NCBI GenBank assembly: GCA_963727805.1 | Contig: CAVSHF010000003.1 | Location: forward strand, 416,001 to 480,000 | Source: an uncultured Nitrospiraceae bacterium | Lineage (GTDB): Bacteria > Nitrospirota > Thermodesulfovibrionia > Thermodesulfovibrionales > Dissulfurispiraceae | DNA: 64,000 bases | Reading direction: 5' to 3' | Shown: one piece after another, positions 20,237 through 30,532 of the stretch | How the letters are laid out: every line of letters starts with the position of its first letter | How positions within the stretch are numbered: the stretch's first letter is position 1 | Translations under genes and position numbers: made by a program | The notes under the pieces: generated by a model | Database searches by the model: none | What the model was told of the DNA's origin: nothing | The model's input: only the letters and a program-made list of their open reading frames with translations

Positions 20237-21130
20237 TTGAAGAAAAACAGAATATCTTTATATAAAGTTATCGCTTTATTGGTTTTAACTATCGTCAGCA
20301 TGGTCTCGTGTGTGCAGAGGGAAGTTATTCAGCCACAGCGCGAGCCTGCAAAGATTGCCGTGGTTCTCGGGGGGGGCGCCGCGCGTGGGTTCGCGCACAT
20401 CGGAGTGCTGAAGATACTCGAATCGAATAAGATCCCGATTAATATGATTATCGGTACCAGCGCCGGCAGCTTTGTCGGAAGCCTTTATGCTTATGGACTC
20501 AACGCGTTCCAGATTCAGAAGATTTCTCTGGACATTGAACGGGGGGACATTGCCGACTTCACGATCCCCGACAACGGGTTCATTAAAGGGGATTTGCTTG
20601 AAGATTATGTGAACAGGATGCTCCGAAATACGCTCATGGAAAAGCTCAGGATTCCTTTCTATGCGGTTGCAACGGATATACAGACGGGAAAGGAAATGGT
20701 TTTTGGCAGCGGCAACACCGGTAAGGCAGTGCGGGCGAGTTGTGCGATTCCAGGTGTGTTCAATCCTGTACGAATCGGCGATAGAATGTATGTGGATGGC
20801 AGCGTCGTCAGTCCGGTGGCCGTAGACGCAGCGAAAAGACTCGGTGCCGATGTTGTCATCGCCATCGATATTTCATCCGAGCTCGCCACAACCCAGCCCT
20901 CGGGTACTATCGAGACCATTCTCCAGTCGATCAATATCATGAGTTCGAAGATATCGGTGACTCAACTCTCTAGGGCTGATGTTGTTATAAGGCCGGCGGT
21001 GGGGCAAATCGGTTCTGCTGATTTCACCAAGAGACATGAGGCGATTCTTGAGGGTGAAAAAGCAGCCTTACAGTCGCTACCGAAGATTCAGGAAATTGTG
21101 GCGCAGCTAAAGCGGGAAGGGAGATTATAA
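20237..21130 (+). CDS. Patatin-like phospholipase, probable lipoprotein
   Basis: GGGAARG, GTSAG and DGS motifs; MVSC lipobox; TTG start after GGAGG. Confidence 0.9.
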   Translation: MKKNRISLYKVIALLVLTIVSMVSCVQREVIQPQREPAKIAVVLGGGAARGFAHIGVLKILESNKIPINMIIGTSAGSFVGSLYAYGLNAFQIQKISLDIERGDIADFTIPDNGFIKGDLLEDYVNRMLRNTLMEKLRIPFYAVATDIQTGKEMVFGSGNTGKAVRASCAIPGVFNPVRIGDRMYVDGSVVSPVAVDAAKRLGADVVIAIDISSELATTQPSGTIETILQSINIMSSKISVTQLSRADVVIRPAVGQIGSADFTKRHEAILEGEKAALQSLPKIQEIVAQLKREGRL

Positions 21131-21187
21131 GCGATGAGGATAAAATGTGACTACTGCTCAATCATCTCAATTACTATTCCTTCAGAA

Positions 21188-21625
21188 TCACAAATCAATA
21201 GAATCTTCAAGGTCTTTGATCATAATCTCCTGTTCTGATATAACTTCCTTAACCACGTCGCCGATCGTTATGATACCCTTAATTTGTTTGTCGTCAAAAA
21301 CAGGCAAGTGACGAATGTGTTTTGATGTCATTAACGCCATGCATTCATCAAGGGTATTTTCCGGTTTAACGTAGAATACGTCTCGAGTCATCAGTTCGCT
21401 GACATTTGTATCCTTGGAAGATTTTCCCTTGAGGATCACCTTTCTTGCATAATCACGTTCCGAAAATACTCCAACAAGTTTTTCATTCTCAAAGACTAAT
21501 ACAGCTCCGATATTCTTCTCAGCCATCACTTCGAGAGCTTCATATGCCGTCGTCGTGGGAGATACTGACCAGATTTCACTACCTCGGCCTTTTAATATAT
21601 CTTTGACAGTTTTCACGGATGCCAT
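21188..21625 (-). CDS. CBS domain pair protein
   Basis: NIGAVLV, GVFSERDYARK, HIRHLPV, ITIGDVVK. Confidence 0.93.
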   Translation of the reverse strand: MASVKTVKDILKGRGSEIWSVSPTTTAYEALEVMAEKNIGAVLVFENEKLVGVFSERDYARKVILKGKSSKDTNVSELMTRDVFYVKPENTLDECMALMTSKHIRHLPVFDDKQIKGIITIGDVVKEVISEQEIMIKDLEDSIDL

Positions 21626-22271
21626 ATCACCATTCCTCCTTCATGAATAGTATCAAATAAATAGAGCCATGCATTTCCCAATGTCCATTGGTTAGGCCAG
21701 ATGCTATTACGTTTTGGTCATCCTTAACAATTACCAAAACGCATGCATGTTGCCTTTTATCTGTATGGGTTTATTTAAAGATATATTGCCCTGATATGCT
21801 TACTCAAGAGCTCTTTCTACTTAGAGCTTCAACTGGTCCTTTAAGCTTGCCCATTGCTTCCGGAGGCTTGCTCATCAGATCCTTACCCCGATCTTAGTAT
21901 GTTTGTTTCTTCGGGGATGTTGTCTCAGAAACTTTTATTTCGCAATTGTAATTAAAGCATATCTTACTTTTCTCCAATTGTATAGTATTTTAAATATTAT
22001 AAGGCTGTGGTGCATAAGAGAGCATCGTCAATCATTGGAAGGTGATCTATGTGAATCTTAACTTTGTTGTCTAGGGGGGTGATCGTTATTACGTAAATCT
22101 TGCTGTTGCAAAAAGAAACCAATAACCAGGTTTCTTATAATATTATAAAAACGCCGGGGCATTTCTTACATCCTTTACCTGCATCTATAAAGTTATGAGA
22201 GCCTGTTGATTAGGCAATTCCCCATGTTGTATTCGTCAAGATAATATATTAAACTTAAGCAGGAGGATGCG

Positions 22272-22433
22272 ATGGGTACTTCCTCAAAAATGTTTCTTAA
22301 TGCAACAGACGGCGGAGCTGGTCTCTTCTCCTGCCATAATCAATTCATATTCGTCTTTTCGACTCGCTTTCATCGACTGAAACGTGGCCCAACAGTATTA
22401 AGCAGTATGAATAAGACTTATTGGTATGCGTAA
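22272..22433 (+). CDS. Putative 53-aa small protein translationally coupled to nuoD (absent from the ORF track)
   Basis: SD AGGAGG at 22261-22266; open frame [15 protein letters not shown]...KTYWYA; its stop overlaps the nuoD ATG (TAATG). Confidence 0.45.
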   Translation: MGTSSKMFLNATDGGAGLFSCHNQFIFVFSTRFHRLKRGPTVLSSMNKTYWYA

Positions 22434-23632
22434 TGTCATCCGGGGAATCTGTCACCAATAGCAAGAGAGATCTCGTCATAAACATGGGACCGCAGCACCC
22501 GGCTACCCATGGTGTGCTCAGGCTTATCCTGGACCTCGAAGGAGAGATGGTCTTAAAATGCACACCCTGTATCGGTTACCTGCATCGCGGTACCGAGAAA
22601 CTGGCAGAGAACCTAACCTATCTCTCGGCCTTGCCTCTCATGGACAGACTCGACTACCTCGCAAGCATTCTGACCACTCAGGGATACTGCCTTGCCGTGG
22701 AGCGTCTCCTGGGGTTCGAACCACCCGTGAGGGCCAAGTATATCAGGACCATGGTCGCCGAAATGGCCCGGATATCGAGCCACCTGCTCTGGTTGGCAAC
22801 CCATGCCCTCGACATTGGTGCAATGACCGTCTTCTTTTACACCTTCAGAGAGCGGGAGCGGATTCTCGACCTGTTCGAGATCCTCAGCGGGGCACGGCTG
22901 ACGACAAGCTATCCTAGAATCGGTGGGGTGAAAAGCGATGTTTCGCAGGAATTCCTTGACAGCCTTTACTCATTCACAGAGGATTTCCCCGGGAAGATCG
23001 TGGAGTATGAGACACTTATCGACCAGAACCCGATTTGGCTTAAAAGAACCAAGGGTGTGGGCGTCATCTCTGCCGAGGAGGCGATCAACTGGGGATTAAG
23101 CGGACCCATTTTGCGGGCTTCCGGGGTGCCCTATGACGTAAGGAAGTTCTCCCCGTACGATGCCTATGATCAGGTCGACTTCGATGTGCCCGTCGGCAGC
23201 AACTGTGATGTGTACGACAGGTACCGATGCAGGATGCTCGAAATGAGACAATCAAACCGGATAATCGCTCAATGTATAGAAAAACTTCCTGTCGGACCCA
23301 TATTGACGCCGGATATGCCTAAATACATCCTGCCGCCGAAGGATGATATCCTGACAAGCATGGAGGCTATGGTTCATCATTTCGTGCTTGTCACCAAGGG
23401 GCCTATCAGTGCGGCAGCAGGTGAGATATACTCAGCGGTTGAGGCCCCCAAGGGAGAATTGGGATTTTTCCTTGTCAGCGATGGCACCGGGAAACCTTAC
23501 CGGATGAGGATACGCGCACCGTCTTTTGTTCATGCATCGATCTTGCCGAAATTGTGCGAAGGCGGCCTTCTCGCCGATGTCATCGCGAACATCGGGAGTG
23601 TTGATATTGTACTGGGGGAATGTGACCGGTAA
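22433..23632 (+). CDS. nuoD: NADH-quinone oxidoreductase subunit D
   Basis: [46 protein letters not shown]; no NiFe CxxC motifs. Confidence 0.93.
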   Translation: MSSGESVTNSKRDLVINMGPQHPATHGVLRLILDLEGEMVLKCTPCIGYLHRGTEKLAENLTYLSALPLMDRLDYLASILTTQGYCLAVERLLGFEPPVRAKYIRTMVAEMARISSHLLWLATHALDIGAMTVFFYTFRERERILDLFEILSGARLTTSYPRIGGVKSDVSQEFLDSLYSFTEDFPGKIVEYETLIDQNPIWLKRTKGVGVISAEEAINWGLSGPILRASGVPYDVRKFSPYDAYDQVDFDVPVGSNCDVYDRYRCRMLEMRQSNRIIAQCIEKLPVGPILTPDMPKYILPPKDDILTSMEAMVHHFVLVTKGPISAAAGEIYSAVEAPKGELGFFLVSDGTGKPYRMRIRAPSFVHASILPKLCEGGLLADVIANIGSVDIVLGECDR

Positions 23633-23679
23633 TAGTGTTATTAACGCAAAGCCTGACCATTTGATTGGGTGACTGAGAA

Positions 23680-24225
23680 ATGACATTCCGCAAGCTGGCA
23701 AGGACTATCTTACATCTGGACTTTCTTAAAGCGATGTCGCTTACCTTCATGAGTTTGTTCAGTAAGCCGATCACCAGACAATATCCTTCAGAGAAGAGAC
23801 CGGTAGCATCAGGGTTCCGGGGTCTCCACGCCCTCACCCGGGACTTTGTCACAGGCGAAGCTAGATGTGTGGGCTGCGGGCTCTGTTCCGCCATTTGTCC
23901 ATCGCAGTGCATTCACATTTACACTAGTGAGGGACCGGATAACAAGAAAATAGTAGAGCGCTATGAGATAGAAGTCCTGAGGTGTGTCTATTGCTGCTTG
24001 TGCGTGGAGGCATGTCCTTATACTGCTATAGCACTGACGGAGCATTATGAATACGTAGCTTTCAGCCGGCAGGCACTCTACATGACGAAAGACCGCCTGC
24101 TGGACAATTATGACTCATACATGGGGCGTGAGAAGGATGAGCACTATTTCAGGCTTTTCTGGCATCCGCGCAGGACGGACTTTATAACTCCTCTGGACCA
24201 GGCAGTATTTCGAAGGCGCCCGTAG
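23680..24225 (+). CDS. nuoI: NADH-quinone oxidoreductase subunit I (2x[4Fe-4S])
   Basis: TRQYP, FRGLH, CVGCGLCSAICP, RCVYCCLCVEACP. Confidence 0.9.
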   Translation: MTFRKLARTILHLDFLKAMSLTFMSLFSKPITRQYPSEKRPVASGFRGLHALTRDFVTGEARCVGCGLCSAICPSQCIHIYTSEGPDNKKIVERYEIEVLRCVYCCLCVEACPYTAIALTEHYEYVAFSRQALYMTKDRLLDNYDSYMGREKDEHYFRLFWHPRRTDFITPLDQAVFRRRP

Positions 24226-24321
24226 AGTGCTTTCACCATGAAGAGGGTGGTGCTCTCCCTTTACCGACATGGAAGCTAACAGTAGTGATACTGCATGTAA
24301 TCAGTTGCAAGGAGGTTCGCC

Positions 24322-24771
24322 GTGACAGGATATGTATCTACAGACATAATATTGGCTGCAATTGTCACACTTGTGGTCGCAGCGGTTGCCTCTGTTCTCA
24401 TAATTCGGGACTATGCCTTAAAGTATAGGCAGGCTGTAGAGCGGGGCAAAAAAATATCAAAAAAAACAACTGCAAAGCAAATGTTACCGATTGTAGGCAG
24501 CCATGTGAAGTTTCAGGATGAGACTGGTGTGGATTGTGATGCCGTTGTCATTGCCATTCACAATCCTAAAATGTTCACTCTGGCTGTTACAGGTAGTGAC
24601 AATACGGACAGAACCCAATATTTCAGGGACATTGAAAAAGATGCTTTCACAGCACACGGCAACATGCACCCGCTATACGGCTTCAACTATGGATATACTG
24701 AGGAGGGGCTGAGATCATATGGTGTCACCGAAGAATATAATGAACTGCTCCACTATAGTCACATCAATTGA
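24322..24771 (+). CDS. Hypothetical protein with an N-terminal TM helix
   Basis: SD AAGGAGG before GTG; hydrophobic IILAAIVTLVVAAVASVLII; co-oriented within the cluster. Confidence 0.7.
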   Translation: MTGYVSTDIILAAIVTLVVAAVASVLIIRDYALKYRQAVERGKKISKKTTAKQMLPIVGSHVKFQDETGVDCDAVVIAIHNPKMFTLAVTGSDNTDRTQYFRDIEKDAFTAHGNMHPLYGFNYGYTEEGLRSYGVTEEYNELLHYSHIN

Positions 24772-24843
24772 TTCTGAGAGTATAGGGCCTCCGCATCAGA
24801 GGGATACGGAAAAGGCAGGATCTGCTTTGCTGGAGCGAAAACA

Positions 24844-25704
24844 ATGAGTTCTAAAATCCTAGTGGTCGATGACAGGTTGATCGCACTGAGCGGGCTCAAA
24901 GGCGTGCTGGCGCCGGAAGGGTATACTGTGGATAGCTCCCATGCAAAGAGTGAGGCCGCAGTCATGCTGGAGGGGACACGGTATGACCTTGTCATCACAG
25001 ATCTTGATCCGGCCGCCAGAGAGAGCATCGAGTTTCTCAGACATTTGAGAAACACTTCGCCGGAAGCGCGTGTTGTTCTCATGGCGAAGTCGCCGTCGCG
25101 GGAGCAAATCAGAAAGGCGCTGGCACAGAAAATCGAGTTCTATCTCCCCTACAATTCTCCGCCATCCCTGATGCGCAAGACTATCAGCCGTGCCCTCCGG
25201 AAGGCGGTGGGAAGACATGTCGACATACCTCCCAAGGAGGAATGGGACCCGGAAATCCTGCGGAAGTTGGATGACATCATTGCGCGCAACAAGAAGAAAG
25301 CCGGCAGCCTGATCCCCGTGCTCCAGATGGCACAGGAGATAACCGGGTATCTGCCTCCGTCAATACTCAAGCATATCGCAAAGGGCATGCGAATACCGGA
25401 GAGCGAAATACACGGAGTGGTCTCTTTCTATTCGTTCTTCACCATGAAGCCCCGGGGCAGACACAATATCCGCGTCTGTCTTGGGACCGCATGCTATGTT
25501 AAGGCCGCTGAGGAGATCATCAGAAACCTGAGCGAAGGGCTGCAGGTAGAGGTTGGGGGTATGACCGCGGACAAGAAGTTCTCGCTGGAGACCGTGCGAT
25601 GCCTCGGCGCCTGCGGGCTCGCACCCGTAGTTGTGGTGGACAAAGATACTCATGGGTTCATAAACCCCGTCAAGGCACTGGACATAGTGAAGGATTATGA
25701 ATAA
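24844..25704 (+). CDS. Receiver (REC)-domain / NuoE(HydC)-like [2Fe-2S] fusion protein
   Basis: N-terminal KILVVDD...YDLVITDL; C-terminal LIPVLQMAQE..GYLP, VCLGTAC, RCLGACGLAP. Confidence 0.88.
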   Translation: MSSKILVVDDRLIALSGLKGVLAPEGYTVDSSHAKSEAAVMLEGTRYDLVITDLDPAARESIEFLRHLRNTSPEARVVLMAKSPSREQIRKALAQKIEFYLPYNSPPSLMRKTISRALRKAVGRHVDIPPKEEWDPEILRKLDDIIARNKKKAGSLIPVLQMAQEITGYLPPSILKHIAKGMRIPESEIHGVVSFYSFFTMKPRGRHNIRVCLGTACYVKAAEEIIRNLSEGLQVEVGGMTADKKFSLETVRCLGACGLAPVVVVDKDTHGFINPVKALDIVKDYE

Positions 25705-25773
25705 TGCTGCGGTGGGGAGACCATTGGGTCCCGCCTTTGGCACTCGGTTTCGTACGAATTAAAGGAGGTTGTA

Positions 25774-27717
25774 ATGTCCCGTCTTACCCTCGATAGTTTC
25801 AAAAGTCTGGCGGAATCATTGCGCAGGGAACGGCTCGAGGGCGGTGCTCAACACTATCGCGCGAGCATCATGCTCTGCGGCGGGACCGGATGTATTGCCG
25901 GGGGCAGCGTCAAGATCAGGGACACCTTCAATGCTGAACTCAAGAACAAAGGCCTTGCGAACGACATCAACGTCGTTCTTACCGGATGCAATGGTTTTTG
26001 CGCTCAGGGGCCGGTGCTCACCATCCAGCCCGACGATACTTTTTACGAGAAAGTTACCGTGGGAGATGTTCCGACCATTGTGGAAGAACACTTTATAAAC
26101 AATAATCCTGTGGCACGCCTTATGTACAAAGACCCTATCAGCAAACAGTCCATTCCGCGTGCGCAGGATATCCCTTTCTTCAGCCACCAGATCCTCAGGG
26201 CTCTTAGAAACAAAGGCCTCATAGACCCCGAAAAAATAGAGGACTACATAGCGAGGGATGGCTACCTGGCAGCCGCCAAGGCCCTCTTTGAAATGACCCC
26301 TGATGAGATAATTGCAGAGATCAAACGCTCGGGGTTGCGCGGTCGGGGTGGCGCCGGCTTCCCAACAGGGCTTAAGTGGGAAGAAGCAGCACGAGTAAAA
26401 GCCGGCCTGAAATATATCCTCTGTAATGGAGACGAAGGGGATCCTGGCGCGTTTATGGACAGGAGCATTATGGAGGGTGACCCACATGTTGTCCTTGAAG
26501 GCATGATCATCGGGGCCAGGGCAATCGGTTCTCACAAGGGGTACATCTATGTTAGGGCCGAATATCCTCTTGCGGTAAACCATCTGCAGGTCGCTCTTGA
26601 TCAGGCGAATGAGTACGGACTCCTGGGTACCGACATCCTGGGGTCGGGCTTCGACCTCGATATAGAAATTTACCAGGGTGCGGGAGCCTTCGTCTGTGGG
26701 GAGTCAACGGCCCTGATGACATCCATCGAAGGCAAACGCGGCATGCCCCGAACAAAGCCGCCCCAGTCTGTCGAACAAGGGCTCTTCGGCAAGCCCTCCG
26801 TGCTTAATAACGTCGAAACATTCGCCAACGTGCCGCTTATCGTACTTCATGGTGCCGAGTGGTTCAGGAGCCTCGGATCCGAAAAGTCGACGGGCACAAA
26901 GGTATTTGCCCTGAGTGGGGCAGTGAACAACATCGGACTCATAGAAGTCCCGATGGGGACCCCACTCAGGCAAATTATATTCGATATCGGCGGCGGCATT
27001 CCAAAGCGCAGAAAGTTCAAGGCCGTGCAGCTTGGCGGTCCTTCAGGCGGCTGTATCCCGGAGCAACTTCTCGACACCCCAGTTACGTTCGAAGACATTG
27101 TAAAAACAGGCGCCATTATGGGCTCCGGTGGCATGGTAGTGATGGACGACCTCAATTGCATGGTAAGCGTCGCCAAGTTTTTTCTTGAGTTCACTGCAGA
27201 CGAGTCCTGCGGCAAATGTACCCCTTGCAGGATCGGAACGACGGTGCTTTATGAGCTGCTCACAGAGATCACCGAGGGAAGAGGCAAAGAAGGCGACATC
27301 GAACTTATCGATGACCTTTCAAAGGACATCATTGCTTCTTCGCTGTGTGGTCTCGGTCAGAGCGCGCCCAATCCGGTACTGACCACCATTCAGTATTTCA
27401 GAGACGAATTCGACGCGCATATCAGACAAAAGTGGTGTCCCACCGGCGTATGCAAGGAACTCTGCACTTTCTATATTACCCGTGAGACGTGTACGGGCTG
27501 TGGCGCCTGTTCGAGGGTCTGCCCCAAAAAGGCGATTTCAGGAGAAAAAAAGAAGCCGCATCATATCGCGCAGGAACTTTGTATCCAATGCCGTTCCTGT
27601 TATTTGGCATGCCGTTTCAATTCCATAAAAATTGGCCCACGTAGTATGAGGGATGAATTGGCGGCGCAGGGCATTCCTGAAGAGATAGCCGGCGCGACTG
27701 CCGCCGGGAAGGAGTGA
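25774..27717 (+). CDS. nuoF: NuoF/HydB-like flavoprotein (thioredoxin-like 2Fe-2S, FMN/NAD, SLBB, 4Fe-4S, 2x[4Fe-4S])
   Basis: CGGTGC..CNGFC, GLRGRGGAGFPTG, GDEGDPGAFMDR, GGPSGGC, ESCGKCTPCR, two C-terminal ferredoxin motifs. Confidence 0.9.
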   Translation: MSRLTLDSFKSLAESLRRERLEGGAQHYRASIMLCGGTGCIAGGSVKIRDTFNAELKNKGLANDINVVLTGCNGFCAQGPVLTIQPDDTFYEKVTVGDVPTIVEEHFINNNPVARLMYKDPISKQSIPRAQDIPFFSHQILRALRNKGLIDPEKIEDYIARDGYLAAAKALFEMTPDEIIAEIKRSGLRGRGGAGFPTGLKWEEAARVKAGLKYILCNGDEGDPGAFMDRSIMEGDPHVVLEGMIIGARAIGSHKGYIYVRAEYPLAVNHLQVALDQANEYGLLGTDILGSGFDLDIEIYQGAGAFVCGESTALMTSIEGKRGMPRTKPPQSVEQGLFGKPSVLNNVETFANVPLIVLHGAEWFRSLGSEKSTGTKVFALSGAVNNIGLIEVPMGTPLRQIIFDIGGGIPKRRKFKAVQLGGPSGGCIPEQLLDTPVTFEDIVKTGAIMGSGGMVVMDDLNCMVSVAKFFLEFTADESCGKCTPCRIGTTVLYELLTEITEGRGKEGDIELIDDLSKDIIASSLCGLGQSAPNPVLTTIQYFRDEFDAHIRQKWCPTGVCKELCTFYITRETCTGCGACSRVCPKKAISGEKKKPHHIAQELCIQCRSCYLACRFNSIKIGPRSMRDELAAQGIPEEIAGATAAGKE

Positions 27718-27722
27718 ATGCC

Positions 27723-30179
27723 ATGTTAGAACTCACCATAGACAACCAAAAAGTTGGGGTAGAGCCGGGGACAACCATTCTTGAAGCTGCCCTGCGGCAT
27801 GGCATCTATATTCCGAATCTCTGCTACGATCCTAGATTGAAACCCTACGGCGGATGCAGGTTGTGCCTTGTCGAAGTGCAGGGGCAGAGGAAGCTTATCG
27901 CGTCCTGTGCGACACCAGTCAAAGCGGAAATGGTCGTGCTTACCAACACACCGAAGATCGCCAAGGTCAGAAAAACGCTCCTCGAATTGCTGCTGCTCCA
28001 TCATCCCCTTGATTGTCCTGTCTGTGACAAGGCAGGCGAATGCAAACTGCAGGACCTTGTCTTTCTGTATGGCGCGTCTCAAAGCAGATTTTCTGCCGTA
28101 CGAAGACAGGAGACTGGGCTGATTGATTCCCCTCTTATTGCCCGGACAATGAGCCGGTGCATTCTTTGCGGCAAGTGTGTAAAGCTGTGCCATGATCATC
28201 AGGGTGCCCGGGCGGTGAACTTCATCGGCCGGGGATTCAAAACAAAGGTGAGCCCTGCCTTCGAGGAGACACTTGATTGCGATTTCTGCGGACAGTGCAT
28301 CGACGCCTGCCCGGTGGGGGCCCTTGGCAGCGGCGCGTATCGATCTCGGTCACGGAGTTGGTACGAAGAAGAGCACGCAACAATTTGTCCCTATTGCGGG
28401 TGCGGCTGTACGACTCACCTATTCATCAGAGAGGGAAGGATCATGCGCGCGCGGGGCAAACCGGGCACCGGAATCAACGATGGAGACCTTTGCGCCAAGG
28501 GCAGGTTCGGCTTTGATTTTATCTATGGTGAGACTAGGCTCACTACGCCACTTATCAAGAAAGACGGGAAGCATACGCCAGCAAGTTGGGAAGAAGCCCT
28601 CACCTACATAGCGAAAAAGCTCGACACCATTACCCAGGAGCACGGCCCTTCGGCAATCGGGGCACTGGGTTCACCGCGCTGCACTATGGAAGACAACTAC
28701 ATGCTTCAGCGTTTCATGCGCCAGGTAATCGGCAGTGACAATATCGATTCAATCGCCCGGTTTGGTCATGCTACTGTACAGATGGCCATAAATCAAATCC
28801 TCGGCGTTAGATTCCATCCCATTATTTGGGACGCGCCCCAGAAGGCCGATCTCATACTCGTACTGGAATCAGACATCACTTCGATGCTTCCGGTTTGGGG
28901 ACTCAATTTCATCAGGGCAAAGAACCATGAGGCGACACTCATCGTAGCCGATGCGCTCGACACCAAGCTGGCGAAGAACAGTTCACAGTGGTTGCAAATA
29001 CGCCCCGGTTCCGGCGAGTATCTTCTCAAGGGCATGATGAAGATATTGATCGACGAACGGGAACCGCTGCGGCGGCAGGCTGCGGAACTGCCGAATTTTG
29101 ACACCTTCATCGATAGCATCGAAAAGTTTACTCCTTCGTTCGTCTCCTCACTGACCGGATTGACCGAACAGGAAATAACGGACCTGGCGAGAGTCTATGC
29201 CGACTCAGAAAGGCGGCTGCTGGCCCTAACCCTGGGACCGTCAGAAAACAAGAAGGGTCTTAACACCCTTCGTTCTGCGGCAAACCTTGTCCTGCTTATG
29301 GGGGACGACCCTGCCACCCTGCAGATACCGGCTGAACTATGCAACACTCTTGGAATGTGGGCCATGGGAATACATCCACTCGCAGACGGTAAGGATGCTT
29401 ACGATATGCTGTACAAGGGTAGACTTGAGGCCCTTTACATTATGGGAGAAAATCCCCTTGTAACCTTCAAGAATTCTGAATTGGTGGAACTTAATCTGAG
29501 GGGCCTCGAGATGCTTGTTGTCCAGGACATCAATTACACGGATACGGCGCGACTTGGCGATGTCATTTTGCCCGCATGCAGCTGGGGTGAGAAGGATGGG
29601 ACATTTATGAATGCCACAGGACATGTTCAGGAAATGCGGCGCTTACTGCCCCAAACAGGACGTTCTCTTCCCGATTGGCAGATTTTCAGGGACCTCGCAC
29701 GGGTTATGAACAATGATCTGTCCAGCATCGAACTAGAGCAGATCAAGGAAGATGTCGGCAGGCTTGTTACGGAATTCAGACAATCAGCGGTGAATTCTCC
29801 GGCTCTTTATCCGGTCCGTGACCGTCCGCGAGAGGTCCCCGACGAGGACTATCCGCTGATTCTCGTGACTTCCGATCTGCCGCAGCATTCCGGCACACTG
29901 TCGGTGGAGTCGAGAAACCTCGGAAGCGCTCACTCCGATGCATATTTAAGAATCAATCCCGCCGATGCGGTGAAATATAACGTGTCTGATGACGATTTTG
30001 TGCGTCTGAGCTCGAGAAGGGGAGAGGTATACGTCAAAGCAAGAATCACATCTGACGTCATGGAAGGAATGGTTTTCGCCCCCATCCATTTCCCCCATGT
30101 AAGGATAAACAGTGTAACTCATGTGGCCATGTATGGCGAGGCGCCGTTGGATGCGGTGAGGGTCGATCCTCTTGACTAG
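27723..30179 (+). CDS. NuoG/FdhA-like molybdopterin-oxidoreductase-fold Fe-S subunit, probably non-catalytic
   Basis: GGCRLC, HPLDCPVCDKAGEC, CILCGKC, CDFCGQC, CPYCGCGC..CAKG; DSIARFGH lacks the catalytic Cys/Sec; alternative start GTG 27714. Confidence 0.85.
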   Translation: MLELTIDNQKVGVEPGTTILEAALRHGIYIPNLCYDPRLKPYGGCRLCLVEVQGQRKLIASCATPVKAEMVVLTNTPKIAKVRKTLLELLLLHHPLDCPVCDKAGECKLQDLVFLYGASQSRFSAVRRQETGLIDSPLIARTMSRCILCGKCVKLCHDHQGARAVNFIGRGFKTKVSPAFEETLDCDFCGQCIDACPVGALGSGAYRSRSRSWYEEEHATICPYCGCGCTTHLFIREGRIMRARGKPGTGINDGDLCAKGRFGFDFIYGETRLTTPLIKKDGKHTPASWEEALTYIAKKLDTITQEHGPSAIGALGSPRCTMEDNYMLQRFMRQVIGSDNIDSIARFGHATVQMAINQILGVRFHPIIWDAPQKADLILVLESDITSMLPVWGLNFIRAKNHEATLIVADALDTKLAKNSSQWLQIRPGSGEYLLKGMMKILIDEREPLRRQAAELPNFDTFIDSIEKFTPSFVSSLTGLTEQEITDLARVYADSERRLLALTLGPSENKKGLNTLRSAANLVLLMGDDPATLQIPAELCNTLGMWAMGIHPLADGKDAYDMLYKGRLEALYIMGENPLVTFKNSELVELNLRGLEMLVVQDINYTDTARLGDVILPACSWGEKDGTFMNATGHVQEMRRLLPQTGRSLPDWQIFRDLARVMNNDLSSIELEQIKEDVGRLVTEFRQSAVNSPALYPVRDRPREVPDEDYPLILVTSDLPQHSGTLSVESRNLGSAHSDAYLRINPADAVKYNVSDDDFVRLSSRRGEVYVKARITSDVMEGMVFAPIHFPHVRINSVTHVAMYGEAPLDAVRVDPLD

Positions 30180-30532
30180 AATTTATCAGTCTGAGAACAG
30201 CAGATTTCCATTTTATTGAATAATAAGATCTCAACAGTCACTGTCGCGTGCTCTATTGTCATTGTTCCGAAGATCGTTGAAATTCTGGGACTGGAAGAGT
30301 AGTCGCAATTGTATCCGCCGGAAACCCTGAAAGATATGTCGTCCACCGGATTCGGATTGTTCTCGGCAAAATCTATCCTAGTCAATGAGGCCCCATTATA
30401 GCGACTTGCAAGTAAAACTTCCTGTGACGCATATGATTTCCGATAAGTATCTTCATAGTTCGCTATCGAGTTGGGGCTGTGAGGAGATGACGCAAATACC
30501 TTCACCTCCACACTTTCCATCCATTGAATCAA
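30176..30532 (-). other. Doubtful ORF or possible gene remnant (118 aa)
   Basis: Only sizeable ORF in an AT-rich gap; no recognisable motif and no clear SD. Confidence 0.25.

Noticed and set aside
22433..23632. NuoD-like gene as a group 4 [NiFe]-hydrogenase large subunit
   Set aside because: Lacks both CxxC Ni-binding motifs and retains NuoD quinone-site motifs
27723..30179. Selenocysteine formate dehydrogenase
   Set aside because: No in-frame TGA and no Cys at the catalytic position
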